Positions 49,298-62,429 of a stretch of 63,722 bases of DNA are shown here, piece by piece. The stretch spans positions 44,794,727-44,858,448 of the forward strand of contig JASCQW010000105.1 of assembly GCA_030264375.1 (NCBI GenBank). The letters run 5' to 3'. Below the pieces are notes generated by a model. The model made no database searches. It was not told where the DNA came from and saw nothing but the letters and a program-made list of their open reading frames with translations. The position numbers and the translations under genes were made by a program. How positions within the stretch are numbered: the first letter of the stretch is position 1; each line of letters starts with the position of its first letter. Origin of the DNA: Carcharhinus longimanus. Lineage: Eukaryota.

Positions 49298-51519
49298 ATT
49301 GTTGAGAGTTCTGAACTGATGAAGACGCAGATGGACTCAAAACATTAATTCTGTTTTCTGCCCTGACTGACTCTGTCTGATTACTGGTCCAAGGACATTA
49401 CCAATACTTCACCACCTCCTCATAATTGCATTAACACTAATCACGACTAAGATTTTTCACAATAAATGTCAGGATTTCATAACGTAGCAAATGTCATGTG
49501 AGCTGCAGCATTTCCCTTTAAATATTTTGAAGCAACAGTCATAGGTCAGCCATATGTCATATCTGGTGTCAATTTGTCATGAAAAACACACAAAATGACT
49601 GAAAGCACACAATTGCATTGATCTCCCCTCATCACTTTTCAACACCAAACAGAGGGTTTCAGGTTCCTACAAACAAAACAGCGAGGGCAACGACCTTAGA
49701 AACAAATCTAGTTGTTTTTGTAAACCATTTTCTGTTACTCCACATCTCATCTTCCTGACATTCCAACGATACGTGCTATTCACTGGCCGTGAGGAAAAAC
49801 ATGCAATTTGCGCTGGCCCTGTGCATTGTTAACCAAATTCACAAAGAAGAAAGCACACAAGAGCCATGATGATTATTTTCAAACTTTCCAGTTTTCCTAC
49901 CATAAAGCACCAGACATGAATTATTTCCAAACTCTTCCTGGTGTTACAGCCAAAATCTGGGAATTTCTATCTTACAGCAACTGTTAGCCATACATGAGAC
50001 ACTAACCAACATGTAGGAAATCCTAAATCTGAATGTAAATAAACTGCAAGATAATAAGGAGTCACAAGTGGCCACTATAGTGATAGTTCTTTCTGATTTA
50101 CTGTGAAGCTGTGATTGAAATGACAGTGCGATTGAAATTTGGGGTGATGTATAACACTTGGCAGTGAAATATTTCATTACAAACAGTCTCAAATTACGGC
50201 CTTTCAACAAGCCAGTAAATAAAGATGTTCTTGTTTTCCAATTGTTCTGATTTATACAAGAGTACAAGTGCCATTATTTGTCATGTTTCACAGCTCCCCA
50301 GAAGAGCTATCTCGATTCGTCCTTTTTTGGCCAAGGAAAAATATTCTAAGAGACGTTTTGTAAATGTTTGTAGCCATTCCTGCGTGCTTCAAAAATATTC
50401 AGAAATGCAATCCCAATACCATTTTGCTGCTAAATAGTAACTGAGCAAATCGAAAACGTGTTTATACCAAGGCATCAGGAGGACATTTGCAACAGATTGA
50501 CATATGGAGAGCTACGATCAAAAAACTAAAACGGACTGCTAAAATTAAATAACAAAACACTAAATAGTTTCATATCCCTAGCATGACCATGGGCTATCAT
50601 GAAGCCATGACAGTGTGATTTTGAGATGTCCCAAAGGTTGAACTTGGTTTCATATGTAAGATTTGGCAGCCAAATATTTCATTTTGCATCCTCTCGAATT
50701 ACTCCTGTTAAGCTGAGCTAATAAACGAGCGTATTTCTCTTCTTATGTTATTCTGATTTATGTTGGAATGTTGGGTAAGCCATTTTTAGTTGTCTGTCCA
50801 AACCAGATTTCTGCAATAATGTATTCCAAAATCCTTTTAATTTATTCTCTGCTAAACACATTTTATCCACACTTCAACTACAGTTCCAGGATCCAGGAAG
50901 TTCGCTCTTACACAGAATATAAAGGTCACTGATGATACTATTATTAGGATTCAACATGTCAATGGCACACAAGGCAACATTACGTGCTTTCCAGCTATAG
51001 ACATAAAGTTTTAATATTTGTGTTTAGTTCTTTAACATAAGGAAAAGTTGGGCAGACTGATCAATCAGTGATGGTCACACTCAGTGCTTAATGATTGGAC
51101 ATCTTCAACAACCAATCATCATGTACTCTCCACCCACTCAACTCCTTCCTCATCTCCACACAGTCATGCAATCTTGTGGGAGAGACAAGAGAAAGGGCCA
51201 ATAAAGAAAATGTGTGAAAGTGGCAAGCTGCCAGGGAGGTACTGATCACGTTAGCTTGGACCAGCACCTTGAAATGTTGATACTAACTGCATTTATAAAT
51301 GGGAAATGAAGACTTCAAATATGAACCAGAATCTGGGAAGTTATGTTTTCTTTATGTGACAAATTTGACAGTTGGCATCATACCAACTTCTTTACACCAC
51401 AATTTATATGATCTTAACAGGAATGTCTTTCCTGCAATCAAAATATTAGATTTGGGGGCTGATTTTAAAAGTAAAACTAATAAAAAGGGAAAAAATTGTA
51501 CACCATCATCTTGCCACGT

Positions 51520-51835
51520 CTCTTAGAACTATCTCCAAGCACTCTGTGCATTTCCAATGAACTTCTTAAACGTGCATTGTCTGTTCATATGTAGGTGAAT
51601 ATAGCAACTACTGAAAGATCCCAAATGGCTCCATTAAAGTCTCACCCAAAGGGTAGTGCCAGCGAACTTTTTCCATAATGCTCCAGGATTTTAAAATCAC
51701 CTCGCTCATGCTCTGAACTGGGTTTGACCTCACAGGAAAGATAAACTTGTCTTTATTTTGTAACTTTTACAACACAGTTCATCTAAAAACACCTGACAGC
51801 CAATGAACAACTCTTCTAGAATTACTTTGTAAGGA
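51520..51835 (-). mobile_element. Very diverged Deu-SINE fragments
   Basis: Reverse-complement tail motifs (ccaatgaacttctt...tgtagg; cagccaatgaac). Confidence 0.4.
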
Positions 51836-52117
51836 CACAAATCAAAGTTCAGAGTACCACTAAAGTATCTTCAGGCCTAAACATAAATAAAGACAATATT
51901 AGCTAATTTGACCGTGCTATCCACTTGAAGCAAGTCACAATGGAAGATTTTTTTCTGACAGAGGATGTATTGAAAGCCAATGGACACCTATAGTAGGTGC
52001 ATCACACAAACATTCACTGTACTATACTGGAGAAGTTTCAACCTTCTGTTGCAATAAGGAACAAATTTGCATTTCTAACTGTTTATTATAGTCTAGGTGA
52101 TTCTATTTTAGTCATTA

Positions 52118-52232
52118 AGTCATAGAGATTTACAGAATGGAAAGAGTCCCTTCTGCTCATCGTGTCTGCACCAGCCACCAAGCACGATCAATTCTAATCC
52201 CATTTTCCAGCACTTGGTCTGTCACCTTGTCT
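52118..52232 (-). mobile_element. CR1 3' tail
   Basis: agtcatagagatttacagaatggaaagagtcccttctgctcatc...tcccattttccagcacttggtc. Confidence 0.75.
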
Positions 52233-52754
52233 CATGGGCTCTAGACAAAAATTCAAAGTTACATGGAATTTAAGGAAACAAAATCTGAATAATATCAACG
52301 TTGAACTTCATGATAGAGATACCGTGTAATTGGCAGAAAAAAAGTCAGCATTTATCCTTGTGAAGAGACTTGGGACATGATTTTCCCAGCAGCAGCAATG
52401 TCAGACTCAAATGGCAGTCAGAAGCGTGTATTGTATGGAAAACAGTCACTCAATGTGATTTTCCCTGGAGCAGCCAAGCAAGCCAGTGGATAGGTCTACT
52501 GCCTAATTAAGGATTACTCATAAGCTCCCGAAACTGGAGAGCTCTTCAGAGACTTCTCAGCTTGAAAGCAGCAGAAGAATGTAATGGAAAGTAACTGTGG
52601 GAGAGAACTTTTAAAATGGAAACTCCTTCTCTTTATTTTTTTAGAAGTTCCTATAACAAATAACTTTTGGAGCCAGGTAGCCACTGCACTGATCTGAGTC
52701 AACTTCAGTTTTGCTCAGGCTCCTAAAACCAGATTTAGTCAATTTATGTCTTGA

Positions 52755-54480
52755 TGTCAAAGGCAGTCATTCTCCCCTCATCACTGGAATTCAGCTCTCA
52801 TGCTCATGTTTAAGCAAGACCCGAATGAGGTCAGGAAATGTGTAGCCGTGATGGAACACAAACTGAGTGACCAGGTTTTTGTTGAATAAATGCCTTTTGT
52901 GTATGCACCTTTGACAACTCCTTCCATCACTTTGCCGATGATGGAGAGTAGATGATAAGAGCAGTAATTGGCTTAATTGGATTTGTTCTCCTTTCTGTGG
53001 ACAGATCATACCCACGCAATTTTCTACATTGCCAGGCAGCTGCCAGTGTTATAACTGTACTGGAACAGCTTGACTAAGGGCATGACTAGTTCTGGAGCAC
53101 AAGTGTTCAATACTATTGCCAGAATTTTGTCAGGACCCATCGCCTTTGCAGTATCCAATGCATTCAGCCAATTCTTGACATTATATGGAGTGAATCGATT
53201 TGGCTGAAGATTGGCGGCTGTGATGCTGGGCACCTCAGCAGGAGACTGAAGTAAGTCATATACTTGGCATTTCTAGCTGAAGATGGCTGCAGATGCCTTG
53301 TCTTTTGCACTGATATATTGTGCTCCCCCATCATCAAGAATGGGGATATCAGCGGAGCTTCCTCTTCTGTTAGTTGCTTAATTGTCCTCCACCATTCACC
53401 AACTGGATGTGGCAGGGCTGCAGAGCTTAGATCTAATCTGTTGGTTCTGGAACTGTTGAGTTCTATCCATCGCAGGCTGCTTTGAGTGTTTAGCATGCAA
53501 ATGGTTCTGTATTGTTGTTTCACTGGATTGACAGGTATGCCTGACCTGGTGCTAATCCTGGCATACCTCACTGTACTCTCCTTTGAACCAGGCTTGATGG
53601 TGATGACAGAATGAGGGATGTACCAGGGCATGAGGTTACAGGATATGATTAAATAAACAACTGCTGCTGATGGCCCACAATGCCTCATGGATGTCCCATT
53701 TTCAGTTGCTTGAACTGGTCGAAGTTTATTCCATTTAGCATAGTGGGAGTGTCACAAAATACGATGGATGATATTCTCAGTGTGAAGATAGGACCTCTTC
53801 CCCACAAAGACTGTGGGGGGTCACTCTGATCAATATTGTCATGAACAGATGCACCTGTGATAGGTAGATAAATGAGGATGAGGTCAAGTAGATTTTACTC
53901 TCTTATTATTTCCCTCAGCATCTACTGCTGATCCAGTTTAGCAGCTAAGTCTTTTAGGACTTGACCAGCTCAGTCAGTGGTGATGTTATTGAGCCACATT
54001 TGGGTGATGGGCATTAAAGTCCCCAACCCAGAGTACATTCTGTCCCCTTACCACCCTCAGTGTTTCCTTCAAGTGCTGTCCAATATGGAGGAGTACTGAT
54101 TAATCAGCTGACATGGGGTGGTAAAAGGTTATCAGTAGGAGATTTCCTTGCCCATGCTTGATCTGATGCCATGAGTCTCCCTTGTTGTGGACTCCCAGGG
54201 CAATTTCCTACTGACTGTATGCCACCATGCAGTCATCTCTGGTGGTTATGTCCTGACAATGGGATATAGATGGTGGATGGTGGTGCCTAGATAGTGTATG
54301 ACTCATTCAGTAAGACCAAATCAGGTTGTTTCTTGACCACTCTGTGGGACAGCCCTCTCAGGTTTTGATACCAGCCCTCAGTTGTTAGTCAGGGGAACTT
54401 TGCAAGGCTGACAGGGCTGAGATTGCTGTTGTCATTTCTAGTGCCTAGGTTGACATCGGTGGTCTATCTGGTTGCATTCC
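52755..54480 (-). mobile_element. Second CR1-clade family, about 1.7 kb ORF2 fragment (endonuclease to RT)
   Basis: NVKNWLNALDTAKAMGPDKILAIVLNTCAPELVMPLVKLFQYSYNTG, EWWRTIKQLT, and a WVGDFNAH endonuclease motif near 54010-54035. Confidence 0.9.
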
Positions 54481-54774
54481 TATGAATGCGCCCCCCACGC
54501 ATGAGAGATATATCCTCAATCTCTCTAATGTACTTTATTTTGCCCATATGGATCTCCCTATAGTAATACTTGATTCTTCTCCTTGAAAAGTGCACATGCA
54601 TCAGCTGCTGGGATTGTGGTGATAGTCTTGGTCTTCAAATTTCTACCTACAGACTTACTTTATTGTGACCAGGTATTGTAGAACTCTGCAACATTCTGTG
54701 AAGTGAGTGTACACTTGCAACTCAATGTGTTATCTGTTACGGGCAAGCTGCAACTTGAGAAAGCCTGAAATTCT

Positions 54775-54890
54775 AAATTGAGCTTGAATAACAGTCTTGA
54801 AGGTGTGATGCATTTTCAATGGTTCTGACGACCAGATGAGACATTAAACTGATGCTCAATCAATATGTATAAGCAGTTGTAAAAAAATCT
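54775..54890 (+). mobile_element. Deu-domain SINE, 5' half
   Basis: cttgaaggtgtgatgc...cagatgagacattaaactga...gttgtaaaaaaatc. The consensus continues at 57190. Confidence 0.55.
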
Positions 54891-57189
54891 AGGCAAGACG
54901 CAAACTGGATGTCGCTACCTCTCTACATGTCTGGCCAACTGGATTCATGCTCCTTCCTTCATCTTATGCTGCCGGTTTCCTCTGTGGTCAGTTGGGGAGC
55001 CCACATGGTGCATCTTATAGATTCACTCTCTGTGAAAGGGAGACTGCACACCAGAGCTGAATACTGTTGGGATATTATTTGGGAAGACTGCAGGCGAAAG
55101 AATATGGCACAGGGGTGAGGGCTTGCAGGATTAGTGATAGTAAGAAGTCTCACAACACCAGGTTAAAGTCCAACAGGTTTATTTGGTAGCACAAGCTTTT
55201 GGAACACTACCCCTTCATTACCTTACTTGGTAGCTTGTGCTACCAAATAAACCTACTGGATTTTAACCTGGTGCTGTGAGACTTCTTACTGTGCCTAACC
55301 CAGTCCAATGTTAGCATCTCCACATCAGGATTAGTGATAGCACCTTGAAGGCTCTGGTGACCCAGGTGGAGTTGAGGAAGAAGGACACATTTTACAGGGA
55401 GGGAGGGTAGGGGGGTGTTAAATCCAAACATACCAACCTCAGAAGGGAATGGGAGCACATTATCAGAAAGTCAACATCCAGGGACTGGCCCCAAGGATAT
55501 GGCAACAGTGCCAAAAAAAGTACAGTGACCTCACCAGGGAAGTGAAGCTGAGTAAATACATTCTCACATCACACGTCATACTCACCATACTTCCCATCCC
55601 ACCTCTCACCCTACTCCATCTACCACATCCTTATTACTCACATAGCAGCACTCCCTGCCGAGCACTCTAGACTCACGCCTAACTTTCACATATTCCATCT
55701 CATCCACACACTTACCAATGCTGCCAGCATCACACCCACTTCTCACCGCCTCCACAGAACTCCAGCTATTCGGCGATGGCAGGTGCGTCAACAAAGCACA
55801 GTGTTACAGAATTACTGACAGTCTGCCTTCTCTCTTTGGGAGGGAATGCAGGAAGAAAACTACCCCTCTAGGTGCAGAGTTACTCTGAGGAGCACTGAGG
55901 GGTCTTCTGCAGTCTCCTCCACTGAAAGTCAGAAGCCTTACAACTAGCTATGCTGAAGCCACTGGATATCATGGTATAGGAGCATTAGGACAGTCAAAGA
56001 CAGCTGAAAGACAGGTACTAAGGGAATGCACAAGGATGAATACTTTGTTGTTGTTAGTGCAATTGGACGAACACTGGAAAAGCATTGCTGCAGAGGCTGA
56101 TTACCTGCTCCAGAATGTTACGAGCAGCTTCATGGTTTTCTTTACTCTCCTGCTCTGCTCACGTGGTGGGATGAGGGGAGGGGTGTTTTAAGCCTTGTGC
56201 AAAGCAGGCAGCAATTGTCCCTAAACTGTGGTTCTTCTTGGAGGTGGATAGCCTACACTATCACAGATGAAAGACAAACTGTTACTGCCAGGATCGTGAC
56301 CATCCATTCAGATACAACTCTTGGTATGATTGCAGATTAGCTGAACATTTTGGGCTGGCAGACTTTATGGTTTCTCTCTCCATTGACGTGGTAGCACATA
56401 CAGCCACGTGGGAGCAGTTGATGGCACTCTGCAACCTTAAGAAGCCTGCTATCCTGGTGAAGCCATGTTGCCATTTCATCTCGCTTACTGATGTAGAGGA
56501 TGATGAAATCCACAGACTTGGCATATGACCTCCAGGACTTTCTGGATAGAAAGAAGATGATGTTGGTTGGACTGTTGTGAGACTCCTGATCAGACTGAAG
56601 GATATAGCATTACATAGTTGCCATGCCCCGGGTAAATCTGAGTCTCCTCAGATATTGCTGCTCCCTCATTTGAACATCGATGTGGACCTGAAATATTGAC
56701 AGTGAGGAGGGCATTAGATAGAGAATCCTCCTTCTCATCTCTTCTCATAGAGTTTCCCCTCTCTATCTCTTCTGTTTCATTTTCCGGTTATGTAGCAGCC
56801 AATCAGTAACTGCAACCTCGGTCAAGTACGCCTATTGCACTCCTGATTTTTTCCAGAAAATTCCATGTAGCAACTCACCAGAAGGTTTCCACAAACACCG
56901 TCTGAATAAAACAAACCTAAACTACTTCACCTGCAACTAGTGCTTTTACAGGGCCTATCTTGCATTCCTGCGCTGCCTTTTTCAAGAGTGAGGCAGGATT
57001 AGCAATGCCCTAAGTTGGAATCCTGGCATAATAACAGTGGGTTACTATGTCTGACATCAAAATGTGCCAAATAAAAGCCTCAAGTTGTACCCTTCTCCTG
57101 TAATGCGATGCCAGCCACATAAGGAAAAGGCTGACAGTTCACAAAAATAGTGCTTAGCGGCAGCACTGCGTGAAATAATTTTGCACCCG
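54891..57189. mobile_element. PIF/Harbinger relic with convergent Myb/SANT (plus, about 55104-55547) and transposase (minus, about 56280-56700) remnants
   Basis: RACRISDSTLKALVTQVE..WEHI..LAPRIWQQCQKKYSDL on plus; GFTRIAGFLRLQSAINCSHVAV on minus. Confidence 0.8.
55141..55325. mobile_element. Penelope-like element: inverted pLTR palindrome with 13-15 bp TSD
   Basis: Arms of about 57 bp at 55141-55197 and 55232-55288. caggattagtgatag at 55126-55140 and 55326-55340. Confidence 0.88.
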
Positions 57190-57461
57190 CATTCCACTAC
57201 TCAAAGAAGAGCAAGGGATCTCTCTTGGTGCCATGGTTATAATTTATCCCTCATCTAGTATCAAACAGAATAACTGATGATCATTCATCTCATTACTGTT
57301 TGTGGGGCTTTGCCGTCTGTGAATTAATTGCTTTGTTTAGTTACATACTTTCCTGCTTAACTGTGGCTGCACTTCAGAATTAGTTCATTGATTGTGAAGC
57401 GCTATTGAAAAGCCGGAAAGTGCGATAAGATGCTTACACAAACGTAAGTTCTTCCTTTCTT
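57190..57461 (+). mobile_element. Deu-domain SINE, 3' half and tail
   Basis: cactactcaaagaagagcaaggga...aatttatccctca...cattactgtttgtgggg...cacttcagaattagttcattgattgtgaagcgct...aagttcttcctttctt. Confidence 0.75.
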
Positions 57462-58461
57462 CATATATAAGAATGCTAGGTTGATTGGGGTAGAGAGAGC
57501 CATTCAAATAAAATAGGAGGAAATCTATCTGAATTGTTGTACAAAGAGGTGTACTTAATGTACAGAGATTTTCATCTAAAGGGCTCTTCTCGAGAAATCA
57601 CAAGAATTGCAGCTGCGAATCTTACTTCAGTGATCCCACAAAATGTGTCAGGATTGTCTGTTGGAAGGCAATATATTATTTTCTTTGAGCTCTCTTCCCT
57701 ACTCACGGTTGAAATCAGAGCAGTGGAAGTTCTATGCCTAGTTACACCTCGTCACTTTGAATCTCAACTGTTTGGCAATGAAACTTAACAGTAACTGAAT
57801 AATGCTCAAACATCCATTTTTTTCAGTGCCTTGCATAGATTTTCCTCTGTAATTCATGTTGTAAGAGATCGGTTTTACATTTGTGTGCTAAGTAATTTAT
57901 CGTTGCATTAGTCACCTACAACGAGAGCAATCTCAGTTAGTATAGTAGAACATCTGATTACATTTACCAAAAAAGATATAGATGGTGGTTTTGGCAGTTA
58001 AAGGTGTCGGTGGGGGTCATGGAGGAAATTAAACAGGACATCCTAATTAGCACTTTATTTATATGCAGCATCTGCACCACTCTGCACTATACACTGCTTT
58101 AGATTAACAAATTACCACCAGAATGAAAGCCAAGCACAATTAGATCTGACTTTACTCTCGTGGCACACATTAATAAGCGAGGCTCACGTTGTCAATTCCA
58201 ATTGTCACAGAATCCTCGTCATAGATTTCAAAATAGATCATCTTCAGTTTTAATTTACAGTTGCCAAACCTTATGTAATAAAGAAACTTGATTAAAATTA
58301 ATGCACTATAAGGAGCAGGACATTGATGCATTCTCTTCTTAGATGATACTGCGTTTAAATAGGCTGCTCTCTATTTATTCTCCAAACTCACTGCAGTTTT
58401 CCTGAAGATGATAATTCCTGTTGGCTTGTGGACCACAGAAACAATATGTAATTTTTAAGTT

Positions 58462-58536
58462 GATTATATATATATAATAAACATATTATATGTAAAAATA
58501 TATTATATACACACATATACATATATGGTGTGAGTG

Positions 58537-58567
<31 letters not shown>

Positions 58568-58570
58568 ACA
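58462..58570. repeat. Degenerate (TA)n/(CA)n microsatellite
   Basis: Direct inspection. Confidence 0.9.
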
Positions 58571-60001
58571 TGTTGGTTTCAGTTTCATTCGGGTTGGTTG
58601 TGAACCTTAGTGCCTGGGAGTCTGGATAGATGCCTGACTAAAGGTTAGGGCTTTTGAGTTTGATTGTATATACACATTTTTAATGCGCTTTCACAACCCT
58701 TCAACCCTTCAAGTTAAAAAGATGGTTAAAGGAGTTAAAATATTAGTGATTATGGGCAGGCAAACACAAAGTAAAAAAAAGTTTACTTACTAACAGTGGT
58801 CAAGTGACATAGACACAGAGAAAAGACAGGAAGGAAAGGGAGAGTTTAGTGTCTCACAAAGTGGGGGTGGGAATCTTACTAAAATTTCTGTAAATGTCAG
58901 GCTCAGACAGAATATTGGTGTGAAGATCTCCAACTCCACAGACCAATTTTTTCTCCTCTGAGTCAAAAAATAAGCATGGGCATGGTTTATGCCATCACTC
59001 TGGCGGGATGGGGCTTCATAGAGCTGGCAAGCTCTGCAGAAATTGAGGTGCCATTTTTAAAGGGTGCCCCAACCAGAACAAAACATTAACAACCTCCCAC
59101 CATAGAGGTTTCAGGTGCTTGCCCCCTCCTTGACTCAATAATCGCCAGCATTTCCCTCCACTCCATGCACACACAATCATTGTGGTATTCTCATTTCCCC
59201 TCCTCCCCCTCCCCATAATCATCACCACCATTCCCATTCCCTTAATCGCCCATGCTTTCCCCCCCCATTGGATCTTCCAATAGGACCCACCATGACACTG
59301 CTCCCAGCACAGGTTGGCATTGCCGACCTGGCACTGCTACCCTATGACAATGGGCAGTGCCAGGACAATGAATGGCCATGGCCTTCTCCCCATGGGGGCT
59401 ATACTTTCCTCTACATCCCCAGAGAGAGCCACTCAAATGTCTCTCATTTGGCCAAAACTGTTGCGAACCTCACTGACGTGAGGACAGTGGTTGACAGAAA
59501 AGTCAGTCATAGAACAAAGTAAAGTGATTAGCTTAGCTGAGGTGCTGCTGGAAGACTGACTGATGGAATTAATTTGTTCCGCTGTTGAAGAAACAGTGAG
59601 CTTTGAATGCAGTTTTGGGGTGTTACAAGAAGAGATACAATTTGGGTGATGCTCAGGAATTCCAGAAGAAAACCATCTGCAACTGTGCCAGTCTCAAGTG
59701 AGAAGTCTTCATGTGATTGGTTTATTTGTCTATAAAGATACTATTGCCAGGATAAAGGAATAGTGTGAAATTTGAAGTGTAATCCTGTGTTTATACTGAA
59801 ATCTTTTGTAATATAGTCCATTTCCTTCTGTAATACATATTTATCTTTCGTGTTAAAAGTTCATCAGCAGATTCCTGCTAATTTGCTTTGGAGATTTTCT
59901 CCATGGTTTCTGAAGCAAGAAGTAAAGATTAATCAAGCCAGGTTTCTGTCTGACGTGGACCACAACTTGTTCAGTTCTATCATCAGCTGGGGTGTGCGGC
60001 A
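58571..60001 (+). mobile_element. Possible old LTR interrupted by a DNA element
   Basis: Starts TG, ends CA and has an LTR-like 3' part at 59500-60001. No TSD seen. Confidence 0.3.
58863..59490. mobile_element. Non-autonomous Harbinger-like element, inverted relative to the 37584 and 46033 copies
   Basis: ggaatcttact...tcaggctcagacagaatattggtgtgaagatctccaact is similar to the reverse complement of 38325-38398. Confidence 0.65.
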
Positions 60002-61320
60002 GCAGGCCATTTGAGTTGGAAAGATAACAGGATGAGATTTTGTTCTTTGCTCACATAACGTGCACATAGGTATGTTAGAATGTAATCGGTGACAATTTTG
60101 TATTGGATATAATGTGACCAATGGTAACAAGCTACAAGGATCAGCTGACCTAATAAACCACAGAACCATGATGTGATGGTCAGCTAACCAGCTGACTCAC
60201 TTTAACTAAGAACCTGTTTGGAATTGTGGGGAGCTTGGATTGGCCCAGGGCGAGGCCCCAAGTTTGCAGGAATGAAGTTTCTTTATTAAGCCCTTTCTTT
60301 GATTTATAAGTTGGAGGAAGTTTTATTATATTTTTATTGATTTTCTTCCGAGGAAACAAGGTAGACTTCTCCCAATTGAGTGTAATCATTTGAACTATTA
60401 ACATTCACAGCACAGATGATGGACATTTTGCCTAAATTTCTCTGCCAGCTGTAACATGCAAAATTAAACACACTGATTTGCCGTCTCCCTGATCAGCAAC
60501 AAAAACCTACACTGCGGAACCCAGTTATACCACCAGCATTGAATTTATCGAGGGAAATGTTTAAAACAAAATACAAATACACCACTTTCCTCTCCAGCTA
60601 TAGACAGCTTTAAAAACCCCACAACTGTTTCATTAGAAGTGCTTTGATGGTAGGATTTGTTCTTTTACCCAGCTGTGCTCAACTACATAAAAGCAAAACA
60701 AAAACATCAGTTGCAAAATCAATAGCAAGACAACTCAATGATATTTTGTTTTGATTGTAGATCTACATGTAGAATTACCCAGGGTTGAAGAAATTCACTT
60801 CAAACATTTAGGCCCACAACAGATGTTTCCATCCAGCCTTCAGCAATCTGATCATTTATTTCCTGTTGTAAAAGGATTATTCATCAGATCACTGGTCTAG
60901 AATTGTGAAGACAAATGAATGAACGAACATAAATAGCTCAACATGTGTATCCATTTTCAATTAAAAATATCACATGCCCCTTTTCCGATCCACGGCAATA
61001 AGATACAGCAAGTAAAGATTTTCAACAACTGTCGATCTCATGGCTTGGATTTTCCGTGGTAACGACAACAAAACTGGGGTGTTCGTCATCATTATTTCAT
61101 TGAAACTGCCAGCTACATCAGGAGTTTGGACATGCAAAGGATAATGCAGAAATCCAGAAGTAGCTGTCAGTAAGCCTACCCTCCTCCACGGGGGGCGCAA
61201 TGTAAAGGTCCACATGGGCTGCAATCTCCCTTGTAATTATGAATTCAAAATAATTTCCCTCTAATATTGAAAAGAAAACCTGGAGAGGGTTACATCTTTA
61301 TGACTCAATGAATTGTAACT

Positions 61321-61749
61321 GGAGGCAGAATTTTCCAGCCTTGCTGCACCTGGCGTGGATTTCAGTGATCCCAGAAAATAGCGTGGGGGCCTAAAAACAG
61401 GTTTTATGTCCAGCACCAAATGGTTTGCAATCCTGGTCCCTTTCCATTGGCACAAACTGGATTGTGCTCAAGGCCAATAAGCATGTTTAAATAATGTATA
61501 AATTTGCAAAGCCCACTTGATGCTGGATTTTTCCAGCCTACGGGATCTTTTGACCCTCGAGTATGGCATAAGCCTGATGAGAATCATTACTGGTCTAGCG
61601 GAGACAGGCATGATGGCTCCACTGGGGGGCTTGGAGGTCACAGAAGAGATCATGAAGGGATGAAGGGGGAAACATAGCTGGGTAATGCCTATCAGCAGCA
61701 GTGCCAAGGTAGTGGGACCTGAGTGGGGGCTATGATATGGGGGTTATGC
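61321..61749. mobile_element. Non-autonomous Harbinger-like element truncated by a gap
   Basis: Terminus ggaggcagaattttcc and G-rich interior. Confidence 0.5.
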
Positions 61750-62429
61750 NNNNNNNNNNNNNNNNNNNNNNNNNNNNNNNNNNNNNNNNNNNNNNNNNNN
61801 NNNNNNNNNNNNNNNNNNNNNNNNNNNNNNNNNNNNNNNNNNNNNNNNNNNNNNNNNNNNNNNNNNNNNNNNNNNNNNNNNNNNNNNNNNNNNNNNNNNN
61901 NNNNNNNNNNNNNNNNNNNNNNNNNNNNNNNNNNNNNNNNNNNNNNNNNNNNNNNNNNNNNNNNNNNNNNNNNNNNNNNNNNNNNNNNNNNNNNNNNAGA
62001 TGGCTGCCTTGGTAACAGCTGTCATCTAAACTACTGCAGCCACAGAATATCCATAGATTACTATGCAGTGAAGATTACACTCCTTGCACCCACCTAATAT
62101 GCCATTAAGTTGTGTAGGCTGGGAAGTCCTAACTTCCATTCCTTATCTGTAATGAATTGACTGATTCTTGTCTGGAGCACCAGTTATGAAATGACTATTG
62201 GTAGATTCCGTGGCCCTGGATTCGGCAGGGAAAAAAAGCCAGTCAGGTTTGACATTCTTGCNNNNNNNNNNTGCAGGAAAGTGCATATTTGTGAATATTA
62301 GCTTGAACTTGTGAAGGTGAGGGTTGCCAACTCTGCAGGATTGGCCTGGAGTCAGCAGAAAGATAATACTTATCTCTAGGATGCTGTTGTGTACAACCCT
62401 GGAGAAAAATCATGGAGACGTTAAAAAAA

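Noticed and set aside
61040-62020. RFX X-box-like words (ttttccgtggtaac near 61049; gctgccttggtaac near 62003) and a partial CTCF-like word near 61185
   Set aside because: Two or more mismatches each and no promoter context; expected by chance.
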